In this document: positions 38,054-50,186 of the stretch, piece by piece
Layout: the number at the start of each line of letters is the position of its first letter
How positions within the stretch are numbered: position 1 is the first letter of the stretch
From: Takakia lepidozioides
Lineage: Eukaryota; Plantae; Bryophyta
NCBI GenBank assembly: GCA_030704615.1
Contig: CM060731.1
Span: 39,804,001 to 39,868,000 of the forward strand
Length of the DNA: 64,000 nt
Reading direction: 5' to 3'
Program-made: the position numbers and the translations under genes
The notes under the pieces: generated by a model
What the model was told of the DNA's origin: nothing
Seen by the model: the letters and a program-made list of their open reading frames with translations, nothing else
Databases searched by the model: none

Positions 38054-39407
38054 ACGAATCCCTGGGACCCACAGAGATCACAGGAAATGAATGCAAGCCC
38101 TCACAATGAATCAATGCAGATGGCCCATCTTCCCCAAGCACAGGAAGGAATAATGTACCTCGGCGAATTTCGCAAACTCTCCAAAACCAGCTGCAAAATG
38201 AAACCCCAACACACCACGCTCCCCTGCAACCATCCCCTACCACACAAAACACAGAGCCCAAATGCATAAAAGCATTTCACAAAACGACATGCAAGAAAAA
38301 ATGACAACTTGCATTACAATGAAAATTCGGCAGGGCACAAGAATCTAAACGCCAAACACTCAGCCCTAACAGCTGCGTAAATGCAATCACACCTCGAGCT
38401 CTAATGTCTAGAACACAAAGCAGGAAACGGAACAGCTCCCGCCGCTTCGAGCCTGGGAGAGGTAAGTCGCCATGACCCGAAAATGAAGCCCAGAAATACA
38501 CCCCCCTACGAAGCGAATGCGGGCGATCCACGGAAGATCAAGCAAAACATGCACACAAAAGCGCCAAGGAAATGCGAGAGGGGCCACGATTTGCAAGCTC
38601 CAGGAACCTAGACTCTGTGCGCGCGAAGAGAGAGCCCGTTCCACGCTGCCGCCACCCATCACTAGCCACAGGGTGGCATCCCATGTCCGCATGGGCGGAC
38701 ATGCCAACCTGCATGCACCCGATCGCCGGCATTGGGCCACCGACGCCCATTTTGCCTGCCACGTGGCTAGGTCAAAGCCCGTGGAGGGCCAGAAACCATT
38801 GGATTTTGGGTGCTCATCATCACTTCAAAAAATCCTGACGGCGCAAAATTTGTCCAATTAGGGTGCAATAAATTCTGCCCGGCGCAGAATTTCAAGGGCT
38901 ACAACTTTTGTTCAAGGCTCATCTTCATCCAGATTCATCCAAGGGGCCCACCGACGGTCGAAATATCCACCCGAATCAGGTCGACTCGTCCATTAGGAGA
39001 GGTATGCTACATGTGTATCACGGGTTATTGAGAGTATTCGCACATCTTGGTCATTGGCTCTCTATCCTTGCCATTGATTGGCAAGTGATGGAAGCCAATG
39101 ACGTAAAGTTTAGAGACCCATCTTTAGACCTCATAGACCATTCCCTGCTGGCTTTTGGCCGAAGGACTGGTGCTACCCATGTTGCTACACTAGATGAGCG
39201 AGATTTCAGGTGAGATTCTTCATTTATTTCCGCAAGAGTTTAGTGGTTGTGTTGGAAATGATTTATCTGCTCAGGTGTATTAACTAATTCATTATAGGAT
39301 CGACAAAACTTTACTAGCTTATTTTTAGGCAAATTTAGGTGGGTTAGGACGTTTCTAAGTGTGTGTTGACAATGTTAAGAACATGCTCAATATGGAATAC
39401 CAAATGC

Positions 39408-39512
39408 TCGACAATTTTACTATCATCTACAACCCTCGACAAATCATCTACGACCCTCAACAAATCATCTACAATCATCGACAAATCATCTAGGACCCTC
39501 GACAAATCAACC
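39408..39512. repeat. 21-bp tandem repeat, about 4-5 copies
   Basis: (ACCCTCGACAAATCATCTAC/G)n. Confidence 0.7.
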
Positions 39513-39954
39513 ACCAGTGGTTGTAGATGATTTGTCCAGAGTTGATTTTGTGGGCAAACGGTATGCGTTGGAATACCAATTGCCCATGTCTTCATCCCAC
39601 TTGTTCAACGAATATTCTCTAATAGATTCTTAGATCCTTCGAATTTATGCCCTCACTTGTGAGGGCATTTGGTACACGAAGGAATACCGTATAACCACGT
39701 CCCTCGACAAATCAACTTAGTTGTTCACACCACTTGTTGACAACATGGGCGGCAACAGCGTAGGTGGCGCCACTAAGGGAGGCGGCGCCAGGTTGTTGGC
39801 ACAACTTAGTTCAGATTGGCACAACCTACTTTATGATAAATACATATATATACATATACGTATACGTAGAGGGTTTAGGATCATTTGCATAATTCAAATA
39901 TGATGAGACCTTGTCTTTAAGAATGTTGGACTATAACGTAATAATTTGTTGATA

Positions 39955-41240
39955 TTTAAAGAACAACTAGATCGAATATGTGGACGTATAATCTATAGTG
40001 TTCTAGTTTATTCGTATTACTTAGAATTTTTATATTATGAGATATGCAATAAAATATTGTGAATTAAAAAATCACAAAGGGGTAGAGATTGAATTAAAAT
40101 CTATCCTATAACAGCCTTATTAAATGAATATGAAATATCATAATTCAGTGTTCACTTGTACATGTGTTTTCTATTATTATATTGGTCATTTATGTGTACA
40201 GAGTCTCATAAGTAGAATATTTTCATTGTCCTGCAATAAGTTATTTTTAATTAAAAATACAAGGATGTGTGAGACCGGATTATAAAAAAGTAACAAAATG
40301 CAGATAAGATTTCATAATTTAATATTCACTCGTACACGCATTATTATATAGATCATTTATGTGTATCCCGGATTATGAGTAACCTATGCATAGGATGGAT
40401 GCATATGAATTGTGATAAAGAACAATTGGATCTAATAACATGCGTGCACGTATACTCTATAGTTTTTTAGTTTGTTAGTAATATTTGGAATTTTTGTATT
40501 AACAGATATGCAATGAAATATTTTTAACTAAACAAAATTACAAATATGTGACAGATCCAATAAATCTATTCTATAACAGCCTTCTTAGATGCATATAAAA
40601 TATCACAATACCCTGTTCATTCTTATTTTAAAATTTAAAATTTATTTTAAAATACAGATAAGATTTCATAATTTAATATTCACTCGTACCTGCACTTGCT
40701 ATTATTATATAGATCATTTATGTGTATCCCATGAATTCAAGAAGATTATGAGTAACCTATACATAGGATGGATGCATAGGAATTGTGATAAAGAACATTT
40801 GGATCTAATAACATGTGTGGACGTATACTCTATAGTTTTCTAGTTTGTTCGTAATACTTGGAATTTTTGTATTGACAGATATGCAATGAAATATTTTGTA
40901 TTAAAAATAATTACAAATATGTGACAGATCGAGTTAAAATCTATCCTATAACAGCCTTTTTAAATGCATATAAAATATCACAATTCCCTGTTCATTCTGA
41001 CATGTACCTTTTATTATTATATTGATCATTTATGTGTACAAAATTTTTCATTGTCGTGCAATAAGTTGTTTTAAATAAAAATCACATGGATTTGGGAGAT
41101 CAAATTGAAAAAATGAATAACAAATATCATTTTAATACGCAAATTAGATTTTATAATTCAATATTCAATCTAACATGCACCTCCTATTATTATATAGATC
41201 ATTTATGTGTATCGCATGAACTGAGTGACCTATACATAGG
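39955..41240. repeat. AT-rich imperfect tandem triplication (units about 370-470 bp)
   Basis: AATCTATYCTATAACAGCCTT at about 40098, 40563 and 40938; AGATATGCAAT at about 40040, 40504 and 40877. Confidence 0.75.
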
Positions 41241-42050
41241 CTGCACGATTTAGAGATGATGTATAGATACATAATTTTTAATATCGATCTTCACAAAGCC
41301 AACAGAGAATCTGACTCACTTCACTCATTCATGAAAAACTACAATTTTTCATCTTACATTCAATGAACCTACGGCAGACTATAACTCTCAATTAGATCAT
41401 ATATGGATTAGTTCACCTACACAATATTGTTTGTTTGGAATAAAAGAATCATATTGGATCGACCACAAACCCATTTAATTAGCAATCAAACTTCTAGATT
41501 ATATCAATCATTTTACAACCGATTAGTAACTACAATTTAGCAGGGCTTGCATGTATTCTATGCATTTGTTTAAGTGTACACTGAATAAAAAGTGAAAAAT
41601 CTATATGAATCGACACAAGGTTGAGATTACCCTGAATTAACGGTTAAACTAAGTTGTTGGAAACGACTACACATCATTGTTTATTCGAGAGGTACATGGG
41701 AGCCGCAATCCTTCACGCAGATATGTGGTGAAGGCTGGTGGTAGAAGATTGAACGCCCCAATCCTCTCCATCTTCCTTAAGCGATCTCCATCGACATCAC
41801 TGTAAATTGACATAAAAACAGAAGAACACATACACATAGCTGAGCTATTGCTTCTGGTAATTGACACATTCCAGGTCACATTTAATTCCTGATTATTCTA
41901 CATTGGATTCCCTTCCCCTCACCTAGCTGGTCAAAATTTCAAATTTCTCATTTTCTAGGAAGTTATCTCAATAGCAGATTTGACAAAAAATTGACTCTCA
42001 TAATCCAAGGCCTTCAGGCTTCAAGGGTTTTAATTTTTTTCGCTTCAATA

Positions 42051-42360
42051 ATCATTAATAAAGCTCCCAAGGGCTACCTCCCCTTTCCATACAAAAATAA
42101 ATAAAATCCAAAAATCCAAAAATTAATGTCCAGTTTTTTTGTTTGGGTTTTTTCCAGGTACTGCTTACAAAATAAGGATGATGATGTGCGTACTATGGCA
42201 CCCTATTTCTGTTCTGATTCTCATACTTCAATTTCTTTGGGCAGCCCCAAAAAGTGACGACAGCATCGTGGCTGAAGACGATGTGTCCATGGATCTATGG
42301 CACCCTATTCCTGCGCCTCTACACTAAAACTAGTCTCCCACTTTCAGTCCTCACTAGAAT
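42051..42360 (+). repeat. Dispersed repeat; diverged inverted copy at 49867-50186
   Basis: ATCATTAATAAAGCTCCCAAGGGCTACCTCCCCTTTCC...CAGTCCTCACTAGAAT is the reverse complement of 49867-50186. Confidence 0.8.
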
Positions 42361-43117
42361 TCGAAATAAATAGAGTATAAACCAATCAGATTTTAACCAA
42401 AAAAAATTAATTTGAATATATTTTGAAATATAACTTGAGCATAATAAATCAATGTTAAAAATCCAAGTTTCAATCCCAAGAATATAAAAACAAAATATAG
42501 CAAAGCATTGAAGCAGCCTAGAACACCAAACTAATAGTTGCTATTTAATGCTTTGGGATTTGTGATCTGTCCTTGAGATACAATTTAATGAGCGATGGAA
42601 TGAAGGCAACCGTGGGCACAAGAACATAGCCTATCACCCAGATTTCATCATGCGCCAAGAAAAACAATGATACCCCCCTCACGGTCGGATAAATGCTAGA
42701 GATTTACCCTTCATGTAGTCTGGGTCCAGGAAAAACCTAAAATATAATAAGGTTGCGGATAAGGGTAAACAAAACCTGTAGGTCGGATATATATGGATAT
42801 ACCCGGCGGTTATATCCAGGTGAATCTGTATATGCGGTGATTTCCAATATTGTGTGGTTATTTGATTTTTTCTATATCAGCCGGTTACAGATATTTAACT
42901 TTAACTTTGTGTTCATATCCTCCGGTTCCAGGGTTTTGGAGCTTTCCCATTTCTGATATCCTGCCGGTTCGCAACAAATACAAAATTTACCCCTATGCAG
43001 TTATGGACAAATGGGAGGACGTACAACATCCGGCGGTTTAGTATCCAGTTATCAAACAAATCCAAGCTTAGTATTTCAAATAAAATAAAATAACCCATCT
43101 GACTTTAAAAAATCTAA

Positions 43118-45687
43118 CTAGGGTAGCATATGCCATTGGTCCAAGTCTCTAGTGTCATCTAAGTCCAAGTGCAAATCCAAGTGCGTCTCCTATGTCGAGG
43201 CCCAAATGTGACCTCTAGGATAGCCTATGCCATTGGCCCAAGTGTCCAATATAATCTAAGCCCAAGTGTAAGATCTTCTATGTATCCTAGTGTGTCTCCT
43301 ATGTCGAGGCCCAAGTGCAACCTCTAGGGCAGCCTGTACCTTTGGCCCATGTGTGAAGAACTGAAATCTAAGACCAAGTGTAATTTCCTATGTCTCCCAC
43401 TGCGTTTCCTATATGTCGAGGCCCTTCTAAGCCCAAGTGCAATCTTCTATTCATGGATCCAAGTGCATCTCCCATTTCCAGGAAAGCCTACTTTGCAATC
43501 TCCCATGTATCCAAGTGCGTTTCCTATCGAGGCTTCATATATTGATTTGCTATTTTTCACGAATTTCTAGTGACCAAAAATACTTGAAATTCCATATCTA
43601 TCACACCGCACGTTCAAAAATTATGAGACCAAGTCGGTGCACCCCTAGTCATCGAGGGCTTTTCAACAGTACTAAAATCGTGGCTAGAGGCCCCGCGGTT
43701 TGGGAGATCTCGACGATGACACTAGTAACTACAAACAATATTGTGAACCCCAATATTTCAAAAAACCCAATTTACATTTTATGTCCTCGTGCACAAAAGA
43801 CAAATGAAGGGCCAATTATTGCTCCAGGAAAGCCCACTTTGCTATTTTTTACGAATTTCCAGCAACCAAAAGTACTTTAAATTCTGTGTACCAGCCTATG
43901 ATGTTGGCCCAAGTGTCCAATGTCAACTATGAGTGCAATCTCCTATGTATCCAAGTGCTTCTACCATGTAGAGGCCCAAGTGCGACCTCGAGTGTCCAAT
44001 GTCATCTAAGTCCAAGTGCAATCCCCTATGCATCTAGATACCCTATAGTTTGGAGATCTCCACATCATTGTTCCAACAAAGCCCACTTTGCTATTTTGCA
44101 ATCTCCCGTGTCGAGGCTTCATGTATTGATATATCCACTTTGCTATTATTTACGAATTTCCAGCAACAAAAAGTATTTGAAATTTCAAATCTCCCACATG
44201 AAGGGCCAATCATTGCTCCAAGAAAGCTCACTTTGCTATTTTTCACGAATTTCCAACAACCAAAAGTACTTGAAATTCGACATCTCCCACACCGCAGGTC
44301 TAAAATTTATGAGACCAAGTCAGTGCACCAACGGCACCAAGCACCAAGGCTGGCACCGCAGTTTGGGACATCTCAACGATGCTACAAAACAAAACAACAA
44401 ACTCAGATCTTGTTTCATATATCAATATATGAAGCGAGACGTTTGTTCGTTTGTTTTGTTTTGCTTTGCTTTGTAGCGTTGAGATATCCCAAACCGCGAG
44501 GCCCTAGCCCTGGTGCTTGGTACCGTTGGAAAGCCCTCGATGAGGAGGGGTGCACGGGCTGGTCTGATAATTTTTGGACCGGCGGTGTGGGAGATGTGGA
44601 ATTCCAAGTACTTTTGGTCGCTGGAAATTCACAAAAAAATAGCAAAGTGGGCTTTCTTGGAGCAGTGCTTGGCCCTTCACGTGAGAGAATTGGAATTTCA
44701 AGTAGTTTTGGTCGCTGGAAATTCACTTGGGCCTCTATCTGGGAGACGCACATGGATACATGGGAGATTACACTTGGGCTTATATTGCAACTCTTCACAT
44801 TATAGAAATTTGAACACCCTGGTGCTTGGTACCATTGGAAAGCCCTCGACGAGGAAGGGGAAGGGTGCACGGGCTTGGTCTCATTGGACCTGTGGTGTGG
44901 GAGATGTGGAATTCCAAGTACTTTTGGTCGCTGGAAGTTCACAAAAAATAGCAAAAATGGCAAAGTGGGCAATCCTGGACAATGGTTGGAGCCTCGACGG
45001 GAGAGATATCAAGGGAAAGGTCTCCGGTTCAAATCTGGTCGTAGGCTCTGTAAAAAAAAAATTACTTAGATGACATTGGACACTTGGGCCAACGGCAAAG
45101 GCTACCCTAGAGGTCGCATTTGGGCCTCAACATAGGAGACGCACTTTGATACATAGGGGATTGCACTTGGACTTAGATGACACTGGACACTTGGGCCAAC
45201 GGCAGGCTACCCTTGTTATCAATATATGAAGCGAGACGTTTGTTTTGTTTTGTTTTGTTTTGTCACGTTGAGATGTTCCAAAACCGCGGGGCCCCAACCT
45301 TGGTGCTTGGTACCATTGGAAAGCCCTCGGTGAGGAGGGGTGCACGGGCTTGGGCTCATGATTTTTGGACCTACGGTGTGGGAGATGTCAAATTTCAAGT
45401 ACTTTTGGTCGCTGGAAATTCGCAAAAAGTAGGAAAGTGGGCTTTCCTGGCACAACGATCGGAGCCTCGACAGGAGAGATATCAAGGGAAAGGTCTCCGG
45501 TTCAAATCAGGTGGTAGATTCCGTGGAAAAAAAATGATATATTGATTGGATGTTTGTGCCAACGGCAAAGGCTACCCTGGAGGTCATACTTGGGCCTAAA
45601 CATAGGAGACTCACTTGAATGCATAGGAAATTGCACTTGGGCTTATATGACCCTGGACACTTGGGCCAACGGCACAAGCTACCCTAG
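43118..45687. mobile_element. Non-autonomous Helitron cluster: minus copy 43118-44421 head-to-head with plus copies from 44422 and 45219, ending at 45687
   Basis: 5' ends TCAATATATGAAGCGAGACGTTTG; 3' ends hairpin CTTGGGCCAACGGCACARG + CTACCCTAG|T; no TSD or short TIR. Confidence 0.75.
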
Positions 45688-45905
45688 TTAGGGTAGAACA
45701 TAGAAGAGTGCTATATGAGATTTTTATTATTATAAATAATGCAAAAAATGCAAGTGTCCATTCAAATCTCAGAAAATGGGAATGCATCATGTTATAAATA
45801 CGCGTGCCTCTCCAAATGAAGATAGGGCCAGCTCATGACTATGACCTGCCTTGTTCATGTCAAGTGACGCAATAATTGGCTATTATCCGTATTATAACCT
45901 CCGGT

Positions 45906-46082
45906 CTTACATGCCATATATATGGGTTAATAACCTACTTCTTTTGGACCACTAGATGCGATTCAAATCAAATAAAAATTATATACAAACCCACTTACAT
46001 GCCATATATATGGGTTAATAACCTACTTCTTTTGGACCACTAGATGCGATTCAAATCAAATAAAAATTATATACAAACCCAC
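45906..46082. repeat. Exact 88-bp tandem duplication upstream of the HOTHEAD-like gene
   Basis: CTTACATGCCATATATATGGG...TACAAACCCA at 45906 and 45994. Confidence 0.9.
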
Positions 46083-46512
46083 TGGTTCTCAACCGGATCC
46101 GATTATCCCATCTCTTCATATCCAACGGTTCTTAACGGAGGTGGATATTTGATTTTTTGACCTCCAGCCCGCTCAACATTGGTTTCATCACACATAGATG
46201 ATTATTTTGAAGAGAGCTATTATGGACTAGTTGTTAGTGAGCCTTACCTACCAAAGCGCATTGTGTACGTAGCACATGGAAGCCCCTCTCTTAATGCAGA
46301 TATGGGCTCTCCTGTCAAGTTTTGGAAGTGTCTGCCGGGCTGCCTAAATGTCGGCATTATATAAGAGTTAGAATAAGAGCTTGACGGACAGCATTACTCT
46401 TTTTGGGAGCATACGGAAGCTGGAAAAGTGAGTTGATCCAGTCCCCATCTAGTCACAAGAAAGATTACTGGTCAGAGAACGAGACTGCATCGACGTAAGG
46501 GAAATTTGCACT

Positions 46513-49500
46513 ATGGAAAGCCGCTGTGTTCTGCAGGACTCCAGGTGCCAGAATGATGTTGTGTCAATGAGCTGGATCATATCTACGCCCACACCTGCAT
46601 GGAGATGCATGTTGGTGATAATTATAGTGACCCTCTGCATCCCATGTACAAAAGCGAGCACAGACACTGCAGGTATGCTCTCTGCTACATTCCATTGCTA
46701 TCAATCGCTGCATAATTTTATAACTTCAATACTTTGTTGTTAACTGGTGGAGCATTTGCGAAACCCGTGTCTCGTTGATTTAGTCGTTGAAATTGAGAGA
46801 CAATGGGGAATCTTAGTAGATGAGCTTTGAACAACTAGGATGTACATCTTTCAAGTTGCAGGATTAAGGGATCAATCGCATCACACAGACTTATGAGGCT
46901 AGCTAGCGATCTGAGGCCCATGCCTGAAGAATTCAAAACTTATCTAGGCTCCAGTACTTATCTGATGTGAATACGTTGGGTCAGCCAGTTGGGCTAGTGG
47001 GACGAGCGTCATCTTCTGAGTAAATTGCCTGGCACTGCTTCCAACTTCTCGCCATTGTTCAGCTTGTTCAGCTGACATGCACACAGATCATTGCCGAGTT
47101 AGCCGGATACTCCTACGGTTAAATGTAATTAAACTTGATGAACAAGTATACATATACAACCGCTTTTTGGATTCTCCATGCATATTATTTATCTTTAATT
47201 CGTATGTCATGTCTAAAATATTATTTCTCGGGAGTCCTACATTCAATAATCAATGGGATATCAATATGACCCGGAGTTGCCTCATGAATTCAGCCAATTT
47301 TCTCGTTCTTAGCTATATATCCAGATCATAAGTTACAGTATTGACAAATTCTCGTCATTATGGTTGCAGGGTCAGATGGCGGGAGGTTTGCAAACATTCA
47401 AGCTGCGACCTCACAGCCGCTCAAGGCACGACATGAGTATATCGTAGTGGGCGGGGGAACCGCAGGTTGTGCGCTCGCAGCCACACTCTCCCAGAACTTC
47501 AGTGTGCTACTTCTAGAGAGGGGAGGCACACCTTATGATAATCCATCCATTCAACGTCTCGAGGGATGGGGGGATTTGCTAGCCAGTCGCGTGCCAAAAG
47601 ACGGCCACGTCGACCCAGTTCAGGCCTTTCGCTCAGCTGACGGGGTCCATAACAAGCGGGCAAGAGTGTTGGGAGGCGGCAGTGCTATAAATGCAGGGTT
47701 CTATAGTCGAGCAAGCGATGACTTCATCGACGCTGTGGGCTGGGATTCTCTTCTTGTTAATCAGTCCTATGAATGGGTAGAGAGTAAGGTAGCCCATCGA
47801 CCTCCTTTGCGGCAGTGGCAGACAGCCTTTCAGGACGGACTTGTGGAAGCTGGAATCACGCCTAACAACGGACGCACGTTTGATCACTTGGTTGGTACAA
47901 AAGTCGGAGGCTCCATCTTTGACCCTGAGGGGAATCGCCATTCTTCAGCCGACCTCTTGCAGTATGCCGATGCGGAGCGTCTAACTGTGGTCGTCTATGC
48001 CACTGTACAGCGGATCGTCTTTAAAGAAGCAGGTAAACTTCACATAGATATATATATATATATGGTCCAAGAGCTTATATCCAATTCATGCCAAGTAACC
48101 AGCTGAATAACTTCTAGAAGGCATGTAAAATATAATTAAGCTGAGTTCAAGCTAATAAATGATATAGACTCGACATTGGGCTACTTTTGAAGCCATGAAC
48201 ACTAACTTTTACTTGACCAACTGACTCAGTAGGAGCTCAGTAGTCGGTATGATAAACAAGTCGAGCTTATCTTTTAAGACAATCATCATGACGGTTGACG
48301 TTCTGCAAGTTGAAGTTAGTTCCTCAGTTTCTTGACAATATTCACATTGACCCGGGTTATGAACTTGGATCCCACATGGTTGCAGCGGAGGATTCAAAGC
48401 CATCTGCATCGGGCGTCGTGTACACAGATGCTGAAGGTGTTGAGCATTGGGCGTTCCTGGAAGAAGCTGGGCTGGGACCTGATCGACTGGGACACGGTGA
48501 GGTAATTTTGACAGCAGGGGCTCTGGGCAGTCCACAGTTGCTACTACTGAGTGGAGTCGGACCGGCGAAGCATCTTGCTTCATTCAACATCCCATGCGTT
48601 GTGAATCTTAGAGGTGTAGGTCACGGGATGGTGGACAATCCGATAAACGCTGTGACAGTACCATCACCAGTGCCAGTCGAAGTGTCTCTGATAACCGTTG
48701 CGGGCATATCGAAGGTGGGTTCTATAATAGAGGGAGCCAGCGGGGGAAACTGGACTCTGCAGTGGCCAATGATAGGAGAATTGGACATCATGCCTCCTCC
48801 TCTCCGGACTGATGAGAGGGATGCCACTATTGAGAAATTCATATCTGGGCTACCCGATGCAGATAAGCAAATTCTTGATCAAAGTAGTTTTATTTTGGCC
48901 AAAGTGTATAAACCACTCTCTAGGGGGAAGTTGAAACTTAACAGCACCAACATCAACGACAACCCTTATGTGAGATTCAACTATTATTCCCACCAGAAAG
49001 ACATTGATACATGCATTCGAGGGGTCGAATACATTGTACGACTTCTCCAAACATCTGCTTTCGCTAAATATAGATACACAACTGTTCCCGCATTTATGCC
49101 ATTACTATATCCAAATTTGGGTCTTCCAGAGGGGGCCAAGTTTTTGGGAACACAGCTTCCTAATGTGGGGAAAGTGTCAGAGGTCACACAGTGGTGCCGG
49201 GACACAGTCACAACAATCTGGCATTTTCATGGAGGCTGTCGGATGGGGACTGTGGTGGATAGAGAGCATCGTGTTCGGGGAGTGAAATCTCTACGAGTTG
49301 TTGATGGATCTACTTTCCACTCATCTCCGGGCACCAACCCCCAAGCAACTGTGATGATGATGGGCAGGTAAACCAAGTCTTGTTCACGAACATCTAGTTC
49401 GTTGCATGTACAAAGAGTGAAGATTGAATTCATACTCTCGATTAGAGTTCGTGTGTGCATCCTCGCTTGTGTTCACTCATCACTCACTTGTCTCCAGGGA

Positions 49501-49638
49501 ATCACATTACAATTTCCGTTGACTGGCCCGTTCCAGATATATCATTATTTTACGTGTAAATTTGTTGGATGCAGGTACTTTGGCGTCAAGATATTAAGGG
49601 AGCGGACTAAGCTTATAAGTAGGTACCATCAGAGGTAG
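46513..49638 (+). CDS. HTH: HOTHEAD-like GMC (glucose-methanol-choline) oxidoreductase; exons 46513-46672, 47370-48032, 48386-49367, 49575-49638
   Basis: Signal peptide; YIVVGGGTAGC (FAD); RARVLGGGSAINAGFYSRA; AGALGSPQLLLLSGVGP; TIWHFHGGC; SPGTNPQATVMMMGRY; GT-AG introns with phases 1,1,2. Orthology to HTH versus paralogues not established. Confidence 0.92.
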
Positions 49639-49866
49639 GACTTTAATTCTACGTCATCAGCATGAAAGACCTTTTTAAAAAAATAAAATAAAGGAAATAC
49701 CCACGAGCGACAGCCGACAAATCAGGCCCCTTAATTACCCTTAATTATATAGAGGACAGATGAACCTCTCATAGTGAAGGGCTGAGTGCACTAGGTATTT
49801 GGCATATTTCGCTTCTTGTAGTTTTTAAATCTTCATTCAACATGGCATCCTCAAACATCAGCCTCT

Positions 49867-50186
49867 ATTCTAGTGAGGACTGAAAGTGTGAGCCTAGTTG
49901 TAGTATAGAACAGGAATAGGGTGCCATAGATCCAACATCATCGTTGGACACATCATCTTCAGCCATGTCACCATAGTTATTTTTTGGGCTGCCCAAAAAA
50001 ATTGAAGTGTGGAATCAGAACAGGAATAGGGTGCCATAGTACCCACATCATCATCATTATTTAAGCAGTGTCTGGAAAAAAACCCAAAGAAAAAAACTTG
50101 ACATATTTCTTTTGGATTTTTGGATTTTTTTTCTTTTCTTTTTGGTTTGGAAAGGGGAGGTAGCCCTTGGGAGCTTTATTAATGAT
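49867..50186 (-). repeat. Dispersed repeat, inverted relative to 42051-42360
   Basis: Reverse-complement similarity throughout. Confidence 0.8.

Larger units (their letters stand above)
34304..38999 (-). mobile_element. piggyBac-superfamily DNA transposon, degenerate
   Basis: TTAA (34300-34303) then CCCCTAACGGACGAG; inverted copy CTCGTCCATTAGGAG at 38985-38999 (13/15 match, right TTAA not retained); piggyBac transposase inside. Confidence 0.8.

Noticed and set aside
43349-45545. Many 70-250 aa ORFs in the Helitron arrays (also 50683-51828)
   Set aside because: Frames are inconsistent between copies and show no RepHel motifs.
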